NCBI RefSeq assembly: GCF_009914755.1
Contig: NC_060936.1
From: the human T2T-CHM13v2.0 reference genome, Homo sapiens
Strand: one strand, 5' to 3'
DNA: 64,000 nt
Shown here: piece by piece, positions 1 through 21,174 of the stretch
How the letters are laid out: each line of letters opens with the position of its first letter
Numbering within the stretch: the first letter of the stretch is position 1
Notes under the pieces: model-generated
Databases searched by the model: none
The model's input: the letters and a program-made list of their open reading frames with translations, nothing else
What the model was told of the DNA's origin: nothing
Position numbers and translations under genes: made by a program

Positions 1-100
1 ATTGGCCATATATGTGCATGAATTCATTTTGGAATCCTCTCATTCCATTGATCTATATGTCCATTATTATGTTTACACCACATTGTTATGATTATCATAA

Positions 101-419
<319 letters not shown>

Positions 420-2042
420 AGTAAGTTTTTTTTTTTTAAGATGGAGTTTCTTGTCACCCAGGCTGGAGTGCAACGGCGTGATCTCGGCTCCCTGCAACCT
501 CAGCCCCCCCAGGTTCAAGTGATTCTCCTGCCTCAGCCTGCCGAGTAGCTGTGATTACAGGCGCCCACCACCACGCCTGGCTAATTTTTTGTATTTTTAG
601 TAGAGACAGGGTTTCACCATGTTGGTCAGGCTATTCTTGATCTCCTGACCTCAGATGATCCACCCACCTCAGCCTCCCAAAGTGCTGGAATTACAGGTGT
701 GAGCCACCCGCACCCGGCCACTCTTATTTCACTTAACATAGTATCCTCAAGATTCATCCACGTTGTAGCATGTGACAGGATTTGTTTCTTTTTAAAGCCT
801 GAATAATATTCATTATACGTGTATATCACATTTTGTTTTTTCATTCGTCAATGACATTTGTATTGCTTCTACCTTTTGGCTATTGTGAATTGTGGCGCTA
901 TGAACATAGGTGTGCAAAGATCTCTCTGAGATCCCTCTAAGTTTTTTGTTTTCTTTTTTATTTGTTTTTTTTTTTAAGTGAGATAAGGTCTCTGTTGCCC
1001 AGGCTAGAGTGCAGTGAAACAATCACAGCTCACTGCATCCTGAACTCTTGGGCTCAAGCAACCTGTCTGCCTCAGCCTCTCAAGTAGCTGTGAATACAGG
1101 TACTTGCCACCATGCTCAGCTAATTTTTTTATTTTTTATAGAGACTAGGTCTCACTATGTTGCCCTGGCAGGTCTCAAATTCCTGGGCTCAAGCAATCCT
1201 CCCTCTTCAGCCTCCCAAAATGCTGGAATTACGGGTATGAGAAACTGCACTCGGCTTCCTCAGGGTAGTTCAAGCTACTAGGAACTGAAACAGGAGGATT
1301 GCTTGAACCCAGGAGGTCAAGGCTGAAGTGAGTTATGATCACACCACCGGTACTTTAGCCAAGGCAACAGAGTGATTCCTGTTTTATGTTTATTTCAATG
1401 GCAAGAACATCATTGACATTAAATGTCAACTCGGGAATTTTGAGGAGGTGAGAGCCTCCTGTGTAGGAATACTTCTCTTTCTTATCTCTACTATTTGGTT
1501 TGCCATGCATATGCTTATGGATTTTTAGTTTGGGTTGCAAAAAATACCCACTTGGTGTCCTAGTGTATTGTATATATGTGTGTGTTTGTGTGTGTGTGTA
1601 AATAGCTATTTAACAGAGGAAAAAGGGAAACAATAATACTTGTAACATAAACATCTGAATTATGTATTTGGCATCTCAGCCAGAATCATTTGAACCAACT
1701 GCATTTTGTACTAAGTCACTGGGATTACAGGTGTAAGCCACTGCGCCCGACCTAAATTTTCAATCAATATGTGCCAAGTGATTATTATTTAAAAATATTA
1801 GCTTGAGAAGAGTTCTCAGACTCAATTTTATTGTCATGAGCCTCTTACAGTGAGGTCTCACAGACTTCCTTTTTCCTTCATGCCACTGACTCTGAGACCA
1901 TCTGGCACTATGACACCTCCGTTGGGTAATCAAGCCATAAACCAAAATCTTTAGTCTCCAGTTCCTGTACTGCCTTTCTCAAAATGCAGCCTGAGTCTGA
2001 AAAATAATGCCGTAACCAAGGACTCCAACAGCTATTTAATCA

Positions 2043-2391
<349 letters not shown>

Positions 2392-2705
2392 CTACTTGGG
2401 ATGCTCAGGCACAAGAATTGCTTGAACCCTGCAGGCAAAGGTTGCAGTGAGCAGAGATCGCACCACTGGACTCTAGCCTAAGTGATGGAGGAGAGTCTGT
2501 CTCAAAACAAAACAAATCAGTTTCCAGGAGAAATTTCAGAAATTGGAAGAAATTAGAGACTTTTGATCAGTCTGTGCATTTTTGTCATAGACTTCAATTC
2601 TCTTCCAGGAAATGCTTTTGAGTGTGTATGGGGTTTTTTTGTTTGTTTGTTTGTTTTTTTAATTAAACAATTAATTGCAGTAAGGCAAACAAAAGTGAAA
2701 TAAGT

Positions 2706-3060
<355 letters not shown>

Positions 3061-3968
3061 TCAGTACCACAGGGAAGTAACATGACTAGAATTGGGGTTT
3101 TTTTAATTTATGTTTTATTTTTTGAGACAAGGTCTTACTCTGTCACCAGGCTGGAGTGCAGTGGTGCAATGAAAGCTCATCATAAGCTCAAACTCCTAGG
3201 CTCAAGTGATTTTTCTCTCCTCCTCCGCCTCCCAAGTAGTTGGGACTATAGGTGCTCAACACTGTACAAGCTTATTTTATTTTTTTAATTGTTTTAGTAA
3301 AGGCGAGGTCTCGTTATGTTGCCCAGGCTGATCTGAACTCCTGGGCTCAAGCAGTCCTCCTGCCTGGGCCTCCCAAAGTGCTGGGCGTGCACCACAGCAC
3401 CTGGTCCAGAATCGGGTTTTCAAAGAACCACCACAGCTGCAGTGTAGGGAATAGGTTAAAGGGCAATTGTCGTAACAAACCTGCCATAGATACATGGAAA
3501 TAGAAAAAGCTGGAGTGGGAAATAGGTTACTTAAAAGGAATTGAATACTGCAAAAGAGTTCGTGTGTACTCACACACACAAAATCATAAACAGAGACAAA
3601 AGTAAAAATACCTGACTCAAGAGGAGTGTGCCTTTCATCGTCCCATAGTTTATCCATGCAGCCACTGAAATTATATGCAAAACATTTTGTGTTTATGTGC
3701 ATTATTTTCTGGGGGAGTGTCTACATGTTTTATCAGGTTCTTAATGGGTCCTTCAATCCCCCAGACGTAAGGGTTTTCATAGATTTGCTTTTCCCCATTT
3801 AAGTCAGCAGAGGGCAGAAAAACAATAGAATTAGTAGAGCCAACCACAACACAGAAATTGCTCAAACTCCTCCAGTCCCTCTCAGTTTCTGCCATCTGTT
3901 TCCTGCCTTTGCTCTAGATAAAATTCCCTGACATCTCCCTCTGTCAAAATACTACTATCTCTGAATAA

Positions 3969-4372
<404 letters not shown>

Positions 4373-4689
4373 TAATTTTCTCATTTCTGTTTACACCTGC
4401 GGTAGTTATCATATTCTCTTTCACAACTGATATTGTTTTAATTACTATTGTTCCAGGAGACCTTGAACAATTACCCCATGAGGAGCCTAAAGCTCCCATA
4501 TCACTTACCATATAATTATTGTATATTATTTACTTTTTGAAAGATGAAAATAGGGCCGGGCCCGGTGGCTCACAGCTGTAATCCCAGCACTTTGGGACTC
4601 CGAGGCTGGTGGATCACTTCAGGTCAGGAGTTCGAGACCAGCCTGGCCAGCAAGGCGAAACCCTGTCTTTACTAAAAATACAATAATTA

Positions 4690-4869
<180 letters not shown>

Positions 4870-4996
4870 CTAAAACAATTCTCAAGTAAGTTTCACTATC
4901 TCAGAAAGATAAATTTTACATTATCGCAACAGGGTAATAATGATTGCAGTGATAAATTTTTGATCAGAAAGAATTGCCCCTACTCTTGTTATTTAA

Positions 4997-5251
<255 letters not shown>

Positions 5252-5614
5252 TAGGACTACAGGGCGTGCCACCACACCCGACTAATTTTTTTTTTTTTTC
5301 GGTAGAGATGGGATGTCCCTGTGTTGCCCAGGCTAGTCTCAAACTCCTGGGCGCAAGAGATCCTTCCGCCTCAGCCTTTCAAAGTGCTGAGATTACAGAC
5401 TCATGCCTGTAATGTAAAGGAAAAATACAAAAATTAGCTGGGCATGGTGGCACGTGCCTGTAATCTCAGCTACTCAGGAGGCTGACGCAGGAGGATTGCT
5501 TGAACCCAGGAGGCAGAGGTTGCAGTGAGCTGAGATGGTGCCACTGCACCCCAGCCTGGGCGTGCACAGCCACTGTGCCCGGACCTAAAGGAATGCATTT
5601 ATGTTTGCATGTAT

Positions 5615-6107
5615 TGAAGAAAACCTAGAGCTAAACAGTAGCTGATGTGGTAAAAATAGATTTTATTCAGGGCGATTGCAATAGGGGAAAAGGGGCCTAG
5701 TTTAGAGTGGGCTTAATTCCAAATACAACAAGGAAAAATGGGTATGAAAGTATGAAGTGCCAAAGACCAGTAATTTTCCAATCTCTGACGGAAAACTTTC
5801 ATCTCTGATGGAAAATTACTACGAAAAAAACATCAAGAGTAAGGGGGGATTCTGGCTAAATCAACCTAACAGAATTCTTTCTTTTTTTTTTTTTCAGACT
5901 AGAATTCTTGCTGAAGACAAGCCAAGGTGATCAGACATCACCTGGGGGCAATGCAGGATGAGGAATTTGGTCACTTAATGACAGTGATCCTATATCAAGT
6001 TTGGGAATTCTTGCCAGAACTGAACACAGAAGCCCAAGGTCAAGCTGAGTAGAAAAGCAAGCTCAGAAGGGCCCCACCAAAGTTTGGTCCAGGAGAAAAT
6101 CTCGGCA
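5615..6107 (-). mobile_element. MER31-like LTR
   Basis: The end AGTTTGGTCCAGGAGAAAATCTCGGCA resembles the reverse complement of the MER31 5' end. Boundaries approximate. Confidence 0.6.
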
Positions 6108-6758
6108 TATGCAATCACTGACAGTGCTTTCTGCCCTACGAAGAGTGGGAAAAAACAACAGAACATACCCCTATCCTGTTGAAACAGGTGCCTGTTTTCA
6201 GTCAAAACTCTCGTCAAAAGTCAACAGATTCAAATATTTAAAGACACATGCTCCAAATATTCCACTCAAAAACAAAGCACAGAAACCACTGCGATAAAAG
6301 TTAAAGTGCTCAATATCATTTTGAGGAGAGAATAAAATGTTGAGAAAACAATCCTGCAACCACCCCTGGTGTACTGATGTTTATGCTCCATTGCTTTTTT
6401 GTTTTATGTAATTTTAATTTTTTCATTTATTATTATTATTATTATTATTTTGAGACAGGGCGTCATTCTATCACCCAAGTTGGATGGGGTTTTACCATGC
6501 TGCCCAGACTGGTCTCGAACTCCTGACCTCAAGTGAACTGCCCGCCTCGGCCTCTCAAATTGCTGGGATTATAGGCGTGAACCTATATGAGTCCCTTCAT
6601 TTCATAAAAATGAATCCCTTTATTTTTAATTTTTTAGAGATTTTAATTTCTTGCTATGTTGCCCAGGATGGAGTGGAGCTCCTGGCATCAAGTGATCCTC
6701 CCCCTCAGCCTCCTGAGTAGCTGATAGCATGCCACTGAGCCTGGCTTGTTTTATTTTA

Positions 6759-6818
6759 TTTACTTATTTATTTTTAGGCTAGTCGAGTGAAGCAGTGGGA
6801 GTGGATAAGGAGAAAAGA
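6759..6818 (-). pseudogene. 5'-truncated Y3 RNA (RNY3) retropseudogene with A-rich tail
   Basis: 6776-6818 matches the reverse complement of the recalled hY3 3' end at about 39/43 nt. T-rich tail 6759-6775. 13-bp TSD TTGTTTTATTTTA at 6746-6758 and 6819-6831. Confidence 0.85.
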
Positions 6819-7125
6819 TTGTTTTATTTTAAAAGAAACAAAAATTGCCGGGCATGGTGGTTCACACTTGTAATCCCAGCACTTTGGGAGGCTGAGGTGG
6901 GTGGATCACTAGGTCAGGAGTCTGAACCAGCCTGACCAATATGGTGAAAACCCATGTCTAATAAAAATACAAAAATTAGCTGGGCATGGTGGCACATGCC
7001 TGTAATCTCAGCTACTCAGGAGGCTGACGCAGGAGGATTGCTTGAACCCAGGAGGCAGAGGTTGCAGTGAGCTGAGATGGTGCCACTGCACCCCAGCCTG
7101 AGCGACAGAGAGAGACTCTGTCTCA

Positions 7126-7524
<399 letters not shown>

Positions 7525-7568
7525 TCAAAGGCCGAATCTCTATCTTATTTTTCTTTCTCCCTTCAAGG

Positions 7569-8545
<977 letters not shown>

Positions 8546-9621
8546 AAGGCATTCAGTAAATGTGAAACTGAATAGAAATAAATTAAATTGATGGTAAAAA
8601 TTCCTGCCATTAAATAAGATCATGAGTCTTAAAATGTTCTAAAATAGCTGTGCTGTACACATATGCTTAATTTACTTAAATTTTAGAATAAAGAGTCCTA
8701 TCTTGCCCCAACCTGCCCAAATCACAGCCTATAACTTGGCTTACAGGGCACATACTCTGCCTATTGTAGACTGGTCTGACGAACATGAAGATTCTAGTAG
8801 AGAAATAGAATAATGTGGATCCCAAACCCATGAAGGCAGTTATGCATGCATTTCTTTAGTTTTAGGCATGATAATGACCTCAGGAGATAATCTGATTCAT
8901 TCAGGAACAGAACAAACCAGCCAACCTCAGAACAACTGGAAAAAGGCAGTAGCCACTATTCTTTTTTTTTTTTTTTTTTTTTTTTTGAGACGGAGTTTCA
9001 CTCTCATTGCCCAGGCTGCAGTGCAATGGCGCGATCTCGGCTCTCCGCAACCTCTGCCTCCCTGAGGCAGAGGTAGGCGGATTGCTTGAGCCCAGGAGTT
9101 CAAGACCAGCCTGAGCAACATAGTGAAATGCCATCTTTACCAAAACAAAACAAAAAACAAAAAACATATATATATATATATATATATAAACACAAAAATT
9201 AGCTGGGTGTGGTGTTGCACACCTGTGGTCCCAGCTACTCAGGAGGCTGAGATGGGAGGATTGTTTGAGACTGGGAGGTTGAGGCTGCAGGCTCAAGCAA
9301 GATGAGGTGAGCCATAATCACACCACTGCACTCCAGCCTGGGCTACAGAGCAAAACTCTTGACTCGAAAAAAGAAAAAAAAAACTTTAATGTGAGCATTT
9401 TCAAATATGCACAATATATTAATTAAAAATAATACATACAGTTTGTGAATAATTAAATATGCCTACATTGGGATATATGCTAAATTTTTTCACACGTACA
9501 TATTCAAATAATTTATACTCAAGTAATTTGTAGTGCTAGAAAGGCCAGGTGTGGTGTTACACACCTGTAATCCCAGCACTTTTGGAGGCCGAGATGGGCG
9601 GATCATGAGGTCAGGAGTTCA

Positions 9622-9849
<228 letters not shown>

Positions 9850-10298
9850 TTAACCTCTACAATGAAAGTGACCATTTATTCTTATTTCCGAGGACCTAGT
9901 ACACTAATTGGCATATAATAGACACACAATAAATATCAGTTGAATGAAATAAAAGTGAAACTGTGCAGATAATTTACTTCAGAAATAATCTGTGCTATGA
10001 TTTGTAATGTTTGGCCAACATGATTTAGGATTACACCAATCAATATAAGCCCAAGGAAGCAGGTTTGACATATGATACAAATAAGAAAGCTAGGCTGGGC
10101 ACGGTGGCTCACACCTGTAATTCCAGCGCTTTAGGAGGCTTTAGGAAGCGGGTTTGACATATGATACAAATAAGAAAGCTAGGCTAGGCACAGTGGCTTA
10201 CGCCTGTAATTCCAGGGCTATATGAGGTCTGGCAGGAGGATCGCTTTAGCTCATGAGTTCGAGACCAGCCTGGGCAACATGGTGAAACCCCATGTCTA

Positions 10299-10499
<201 letters not shown>

Positions 10500-10984
10500 T
10501 TAGAATATTAATAGGAGAGATAAGATGTAAAATGACTAGAAAATGTCTTCAGTGTCTGGACCTGGAGGTTAATAAATCTTGCCATTGGGATAATTTACCT
10601 AATTCCTTTCCTCTGATTTCCCAATACACATTCAGATGATAAACTGATTTTCAAGTGTACTTTGTTTTTTCTTTTCTTTTTCATTCTTTTTTTTCCCCCT
10701 CCAACCCTAGCAGAAAGTTTTACTTTTTGTTTTTTGTTTTGTTTTTAATCAACAAGAGTGCTGGCTGGCCCTCTTCCCTTGGCATCTTTTTGTAAACTCA
10801 TAGATTAAGTATACAGCTGGGTGCGGTGGCTCACACCTGTAATCCCAGCAATTTGGGAGGCCCAGGTGGGCGGATCACGAGGTCAGGAGTTCGAGACCAG
10901 CCTGGCCAACATAGTGAAACCCCATCTCTACTAAAAATACAAAAAATTAGCCGGGCATGGTGGCGGTGCCGGTAATCCCAGCTA

Positions 10985-11177
<193 letters not shown>

Positions 11178-11539
11178 CTACCTTCACCAAAACATCCACC
11201 CATCTTTCTTCTGTTACATTCTTTTTTTTTTTTGAGACGGAGTCTTACTCTGTCGCCCAGGCTGGAGTGCAGTGGCGCGATCTCGGCTCACTCCGAGTTC
11301 CACCTCCCAGGTTCACGCCATTCTCCTCCATCCTCCTGCCTCAGCCTCCCAAGTAGCTGGGACTACAGGCGCCCGCCACCACGCCTGGCTAATTTTTTTG
11401 TATTTTTAGTAGAGATGGGGTTTCACCGTGTTAGCCAGGATGGTCTTGATCTCCTGACCTCGTGATCCGCCCACCTCGGCCTCCCAAAGTGCTGGGATTA
11501 CGGGTGTGAGCCACCGTGCCCGGACTTTTTTTTTTTTTA

Positions 11540-11740
11540 AGTTTTATTTTAATTTCAGCGGTACAAGTGCAGGTTTGTTACATAGTTGAATTCCGATCTT
11601 GGGGATTTGTTATACAGATTATTTTGTCATCCAGGTACTAAGCCTAGTACTCAATAGTTATCTTTTCTGCTCCTCTCCCTCCTCCCACCTCCACCCTCAA
11701 GTAGGCCCCAGCGCCTGTTGTTCCTTTATGTCCATACATT
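11540..11740 (-). mobile_element. L1P 3' end fragment
   Basis: GTGCAGGTTTGTTACATAG...CCAGGTACTAAGCCTAGTACTCAATAGTTA...CCTCCCACCTCCACCCTCAAGTAGGCCCCAG. Confidence 0.75.
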
Positions 11741-12204
11741 AATTTCTTAGCTCTTTCTTCAACAAACGTAATCTAAAAGTGCCTTGTTATCATATTCATG
11801 CAGGTTATTACTGCGTTATCCAGGTTAGTGATTATTCCACTAATTTGTTCTAAATGATTGGTCCAGAGTCAATCTCCTACTCTCAGTCATAACAGTACCT
11901 TTCATTCAAATGATGCATTTGGCGAGGCGAGTGCTTTTTAAAGACCAGTTTCAGTTATGTTCAGGGACATACATTCAGAGTGGCCACAGGCTCCCTATGC
12001 TTTTCTCCATTCTCCTTACAAATTGCCCAAACTGCTGCCCTAATGAAGCTCTAGCTATGCAAAGAGATTTTGTGTCCCTTCTACGGGAATGATTGTTGCA
12101 ATCCGTTTGAATGTCCTGAGTATCCAATAATGAGATAGCAAATCAATAAATCATGGAACATGCATATAATAGATTGCTATTCAGCTAGGAAAAAAAATTA
12201 ATTA

Positions 12205-12513
<309 letters not shown>

Positions 12514-12578
12514 TTATATCTACACCTATCAACCTCTATGAATCACAGAAATAATAAATTGTGAGCTGGATTGAGTAG

Positions 12579-12995
<417 letters not shown>

Positions 12996-13406
12996 TAATT
13001 TTTTAAAAAATATCTTTGGAAGCCAGGTGCAGTGGCTCACACCTGTAATCCCAGCACTTTGGGAGGCTGAGACAGGCAGATCACTTGAGCCCAGGAGTTC
13101 CAGATCAGCCTGGGCAACATGGCAAAACCCCATCTCTACTAAAAACACAAAAATGAGTTGGGCTTGGTGGCACGTCCCTGTGGTCCCACCTACTTGGGAG
13201 GCTAAGGTGGGAGGATCACTTGAGCCCGAGGAAGTAGAGGCTCCAGTGAGCCATGATGGTGCCCCTACACTCCAGCCTGGGCAATGCAGTGAGGCCCCAT
13301 TTCTAAAATAGATAGATAGATATTCCAATATGATTTGTATAATGTTTACATATTTGTGAAATAATGTTTTATACTGTTTATGGATAAAAATATATGTAGT
13401 AGGTCA

Positions 13407-13744
<338 letters not shown>

Positions 13745-14567
13745 TTAAAGAAATAAACAGAAAAGATATGCAACAAATTCAGGTTTGTGGTTTCTTTGGA
13801 AGGATGAGAAAAAAGATTGAGGGGGTTATGCAGGGGTCTTCACATATATTTATAATATAGTAAAATTATAATCTACATTTTATTATTTTGTAAATTGTTT
13901 GTTTATTACTCTGTTGCCTAGGCTGGAGGGCGGTAGCGCAATCACAGCTCACTGCAGCCTTAATCTCCTGGGTTCAAGCAATGCTCTCACCTCAGCCTCC
14001 TAAGTAGCTAGGACTGTAGACAAGTGCCACCACACCCAGCTAATTTCTTAATTTTTTGTAGATATGGGATCTCACTATGTTGCCCAGGCTGGTCTCAAAC
14101 TCCTGGCCTCAAGTGATCCTCTCACTTCGGCCTCCCAAAGTGCTGGGATTACAGGCATCAGCCACCAAGCCCAGACTAGAGTTTTTCTATATATATGCAA
14201 ATTTTGCATTTCACCCCAAAATTTATCCATATTTGTTTTAATATTGATTTTATGTTAATTATACACGAGTCAGCTTATGCTTTTGACTCTGCAATTCCAT
14301 GTCTGAAAATTTTCTAAGGGGGTGGGGACTAAAAAATGGACAATGATATGTGAACACAGAGTTACAACCCTATTCCATCATGAAAACTGCAAACTTCATA
14401 ATGTCTAGTGATAAACGTTCTCTGAAGTAAATTATGGTATATCTAAACAAGCACATACAGTTGCAGCCATTAAATTAACTAACTAGGGCTAGGCGCAGTG
14501 GCTTACACCTGCACTCCCAGCACTTTGGGAGGCCAAGGCTGGTGGATCACCTGAGGTCAGGAGTTCA

Positions 14568-14908
<341 letters not shown>

Positions 14909-15063
14909 TCAAACAAACAAAAAAATTAGCCAGGTATGGTGGCCTATGCCTATAATGCCAGCTACTCGGGAGGCTGAGGCAGGATAATCGACTGAACCCA
15001 GGGGGCGGAGGCTGCAGAGAGCTGAGATTGTGCCACTACACACCAGCCTGGGTGACAGAGTGA

Positions 15064-15219
<156 letters not shown>

Positions 15220-15531
15220 TAGCTGAGATTACAGGCACCCACCACCACGCCCGGCTAATTTTTTGTATTTTTAGTAGAGACGGGGTTTCACCGTGTTAGC
15301 CAGGATGGTCTCGATCTCCCGACCTCAGGTGATCTGCCCACCTCGGCCTCCCAAAGTGCTGGGATTACAGGTGTGAGCCACCGCACCCAGCCCTCAAAAT
15401 TAAATAAATAAAATAAAATAAAATTATATGTACAATGAGCCGGGCACGGTGGCTCACCCCTGTAATCCCAGAACTTTGGGAGGCTGAGGCAGGTGGATCA
15501 CGAGGTCAGGAGATTGAGACCATCCTGGCTA

Positions 15532-15957
<426 letters not shown>

Positions 15958-16592
15958 TCACTACAACCGGTCTCCTGGGTTCAAGCGATTCCCGTGCCTC
16001 AGCCTCCCAAGTAGCTAGGATTACAGGCATGCACCACCATGCCCGGCTAATTTTTTGTATTTTAGTAGAGTCGGGGTTTCGCCATGTTGGTCAATCTGGT
16101 CTCGATCTTCTGACCTCATAATCCACCCACCTCAGCCTCTCAAAGTGCTGGGATTACAGGCGTGAGCCACCACACCCGGCCTCAAATATTTTTAATGTAA
16201 TGCTGTTAGCATATCAGATTTGCCAGGGAGAGCCAGGGAGAGCTGCTGACCTTAGGAAAATTTGTTAGCTTCTCTAAACCTCAGCTTCTTTGTCTGTAAA
16301 GCATAAATAACAATACTTCCCTCAAAGACAGTGAAATGTTTGTAAAGTAACACGTAGGATAATGCCTGCCCATAATCGGCCATCAGTAAATGCCAGTGTC
16401 CATACTGTCATATGCATAATGAGTATGTTAGAACAGAAATTAACTATGATTATTAGGGCTCCAGGATGTGTGTGTGTGCACACGCATGCAAGTATGGGCA
16501 TTGTTAATTATGGTGGGTTTTTCAGGAAGACAAATTATAAACACAGGTATATTGACATTTCGATCTAAGTGGTCATAAACCAGATAGGTAGT

Positions 16593-16598
16593 TTTATT
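16593..16598 (-). terminator. GDF3: GDF3 polyadenylation signal AATAAA
   Basis: tttatt on the plus strand, about 50 nt past the stop codon. Confidence 0.8.
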
Positions 16599-16645
16599 AA
16601 AAGATTTACCCTAAGAACACTCCTTCTATTCCCATTTCTGACATC

Positions 16646-17518
<873 letters not shown>

Positions 17519-17731
17519 TCATATCCACCTATATAATAGAAATGTCAGACACCCACATATACAATATAAGGGCAGGGAAAGACACAAGCCCTGTCATTTG
17601 GGAGGGTTTGTTTCTCTATTCCTGAAAGCCAGAGGGTCCCCAGGCGCGGTGGCTCACGCCTGTAATCCCAGCACTTTGGGAGGCCGAGGCGGGCGGATCA
17701 CGAGGTCAGGAGATCGAGACTATCCTGGCTA

Positions 17732-18914
<1,183 letters not shown>

Positions 18915-19030
18915 GGCCGGGACATGGTGGCTCACACCAGTGATCCCAGCACTTTGGGAGGCCAAGGCGGGCAGATAACCTGAGGTCAGGAGACCAGACT
19001 GACCAACATGGAGAAAACCTGTCTCTGCTA

Positions 19031-19192
<162 letters not shown>

Positions 19193-19217
19193 TCAGTTAA
19201 AAAAAAAAAAAAAATAG

Positions 19218-19898
<681 letters not shown>

Positions 19899-20541
19899 TA
19901 ACTCATTTGGCCTCTAATGCCATCATTTTGTTTGGTAGAATGACTTCACGCTTGAGTAGGTATTTTCTCTCTTTTTCTTTCCCCGAGATGGAGTCTTGCT
20001 CTGTCACCCAGGCTGGAGTGCAGTGGTGCGATCTTGGCTCACAGCAACCTCTGCCTCCCGGGTGTTCAATCGATTTTCCTGCCTCAGCCTCCAGAGTAGC
20101 TGGAATTACAGGCGCCCGCCACCACACCTGGCTAATTTTTTTTTTTTTTTTTTTTTTGGTATTTTTAGTAGAGACGGGGGTCAGGGGAGTGGGGGGAGGG
20201 CCTTACCATGTTGGCTAGGCTGGTCTCGAACTCCTGGCCTCGTGATCTGCCTGCCTCGGCCTCCCAAAGTGCTGGGATTACAGGTGTGAGCCACCACGCC
20301 CAGCCTTAAGTAGGTATTTTCTGAGGTCATTCAGCTTAGGGAGAAATTACAACTCAAACCGAAACACTCTTAAGCACCCCACCACCACACCTCTTCATTC
20401 TCAAGCATCATTCAAAACCTAACAAAATTTGGCTGGGCATGGTGGCTCATGCCTATAATCCCAGCACTTTGGGAGGTCAAGGCAGGCCATTGCCTGAGCT
20501 CAGAAGTTAGAGACCAGCCTCATGGTGAGACCTCATCTCTA

Positions 20542-20867
<326 letters not shown>

Positions 20868-21033
20868 CTACTATGAGCTTGGAGTTGAGTGTGCAAGGAG
20901 AGGGTGTAAAAGGTGAGACTGGGGAAGTAAGCAGCAGGGTCAGAACAGGCAGGGCATGGTGGGTCAACTCTTGCAGAATTTTGCAGACGAGAATTTTACG
21001 TGGAGGAGCAGTACGACTCAATACGCATTTTTA

Positions 21034-21174
<141 letters not shown>

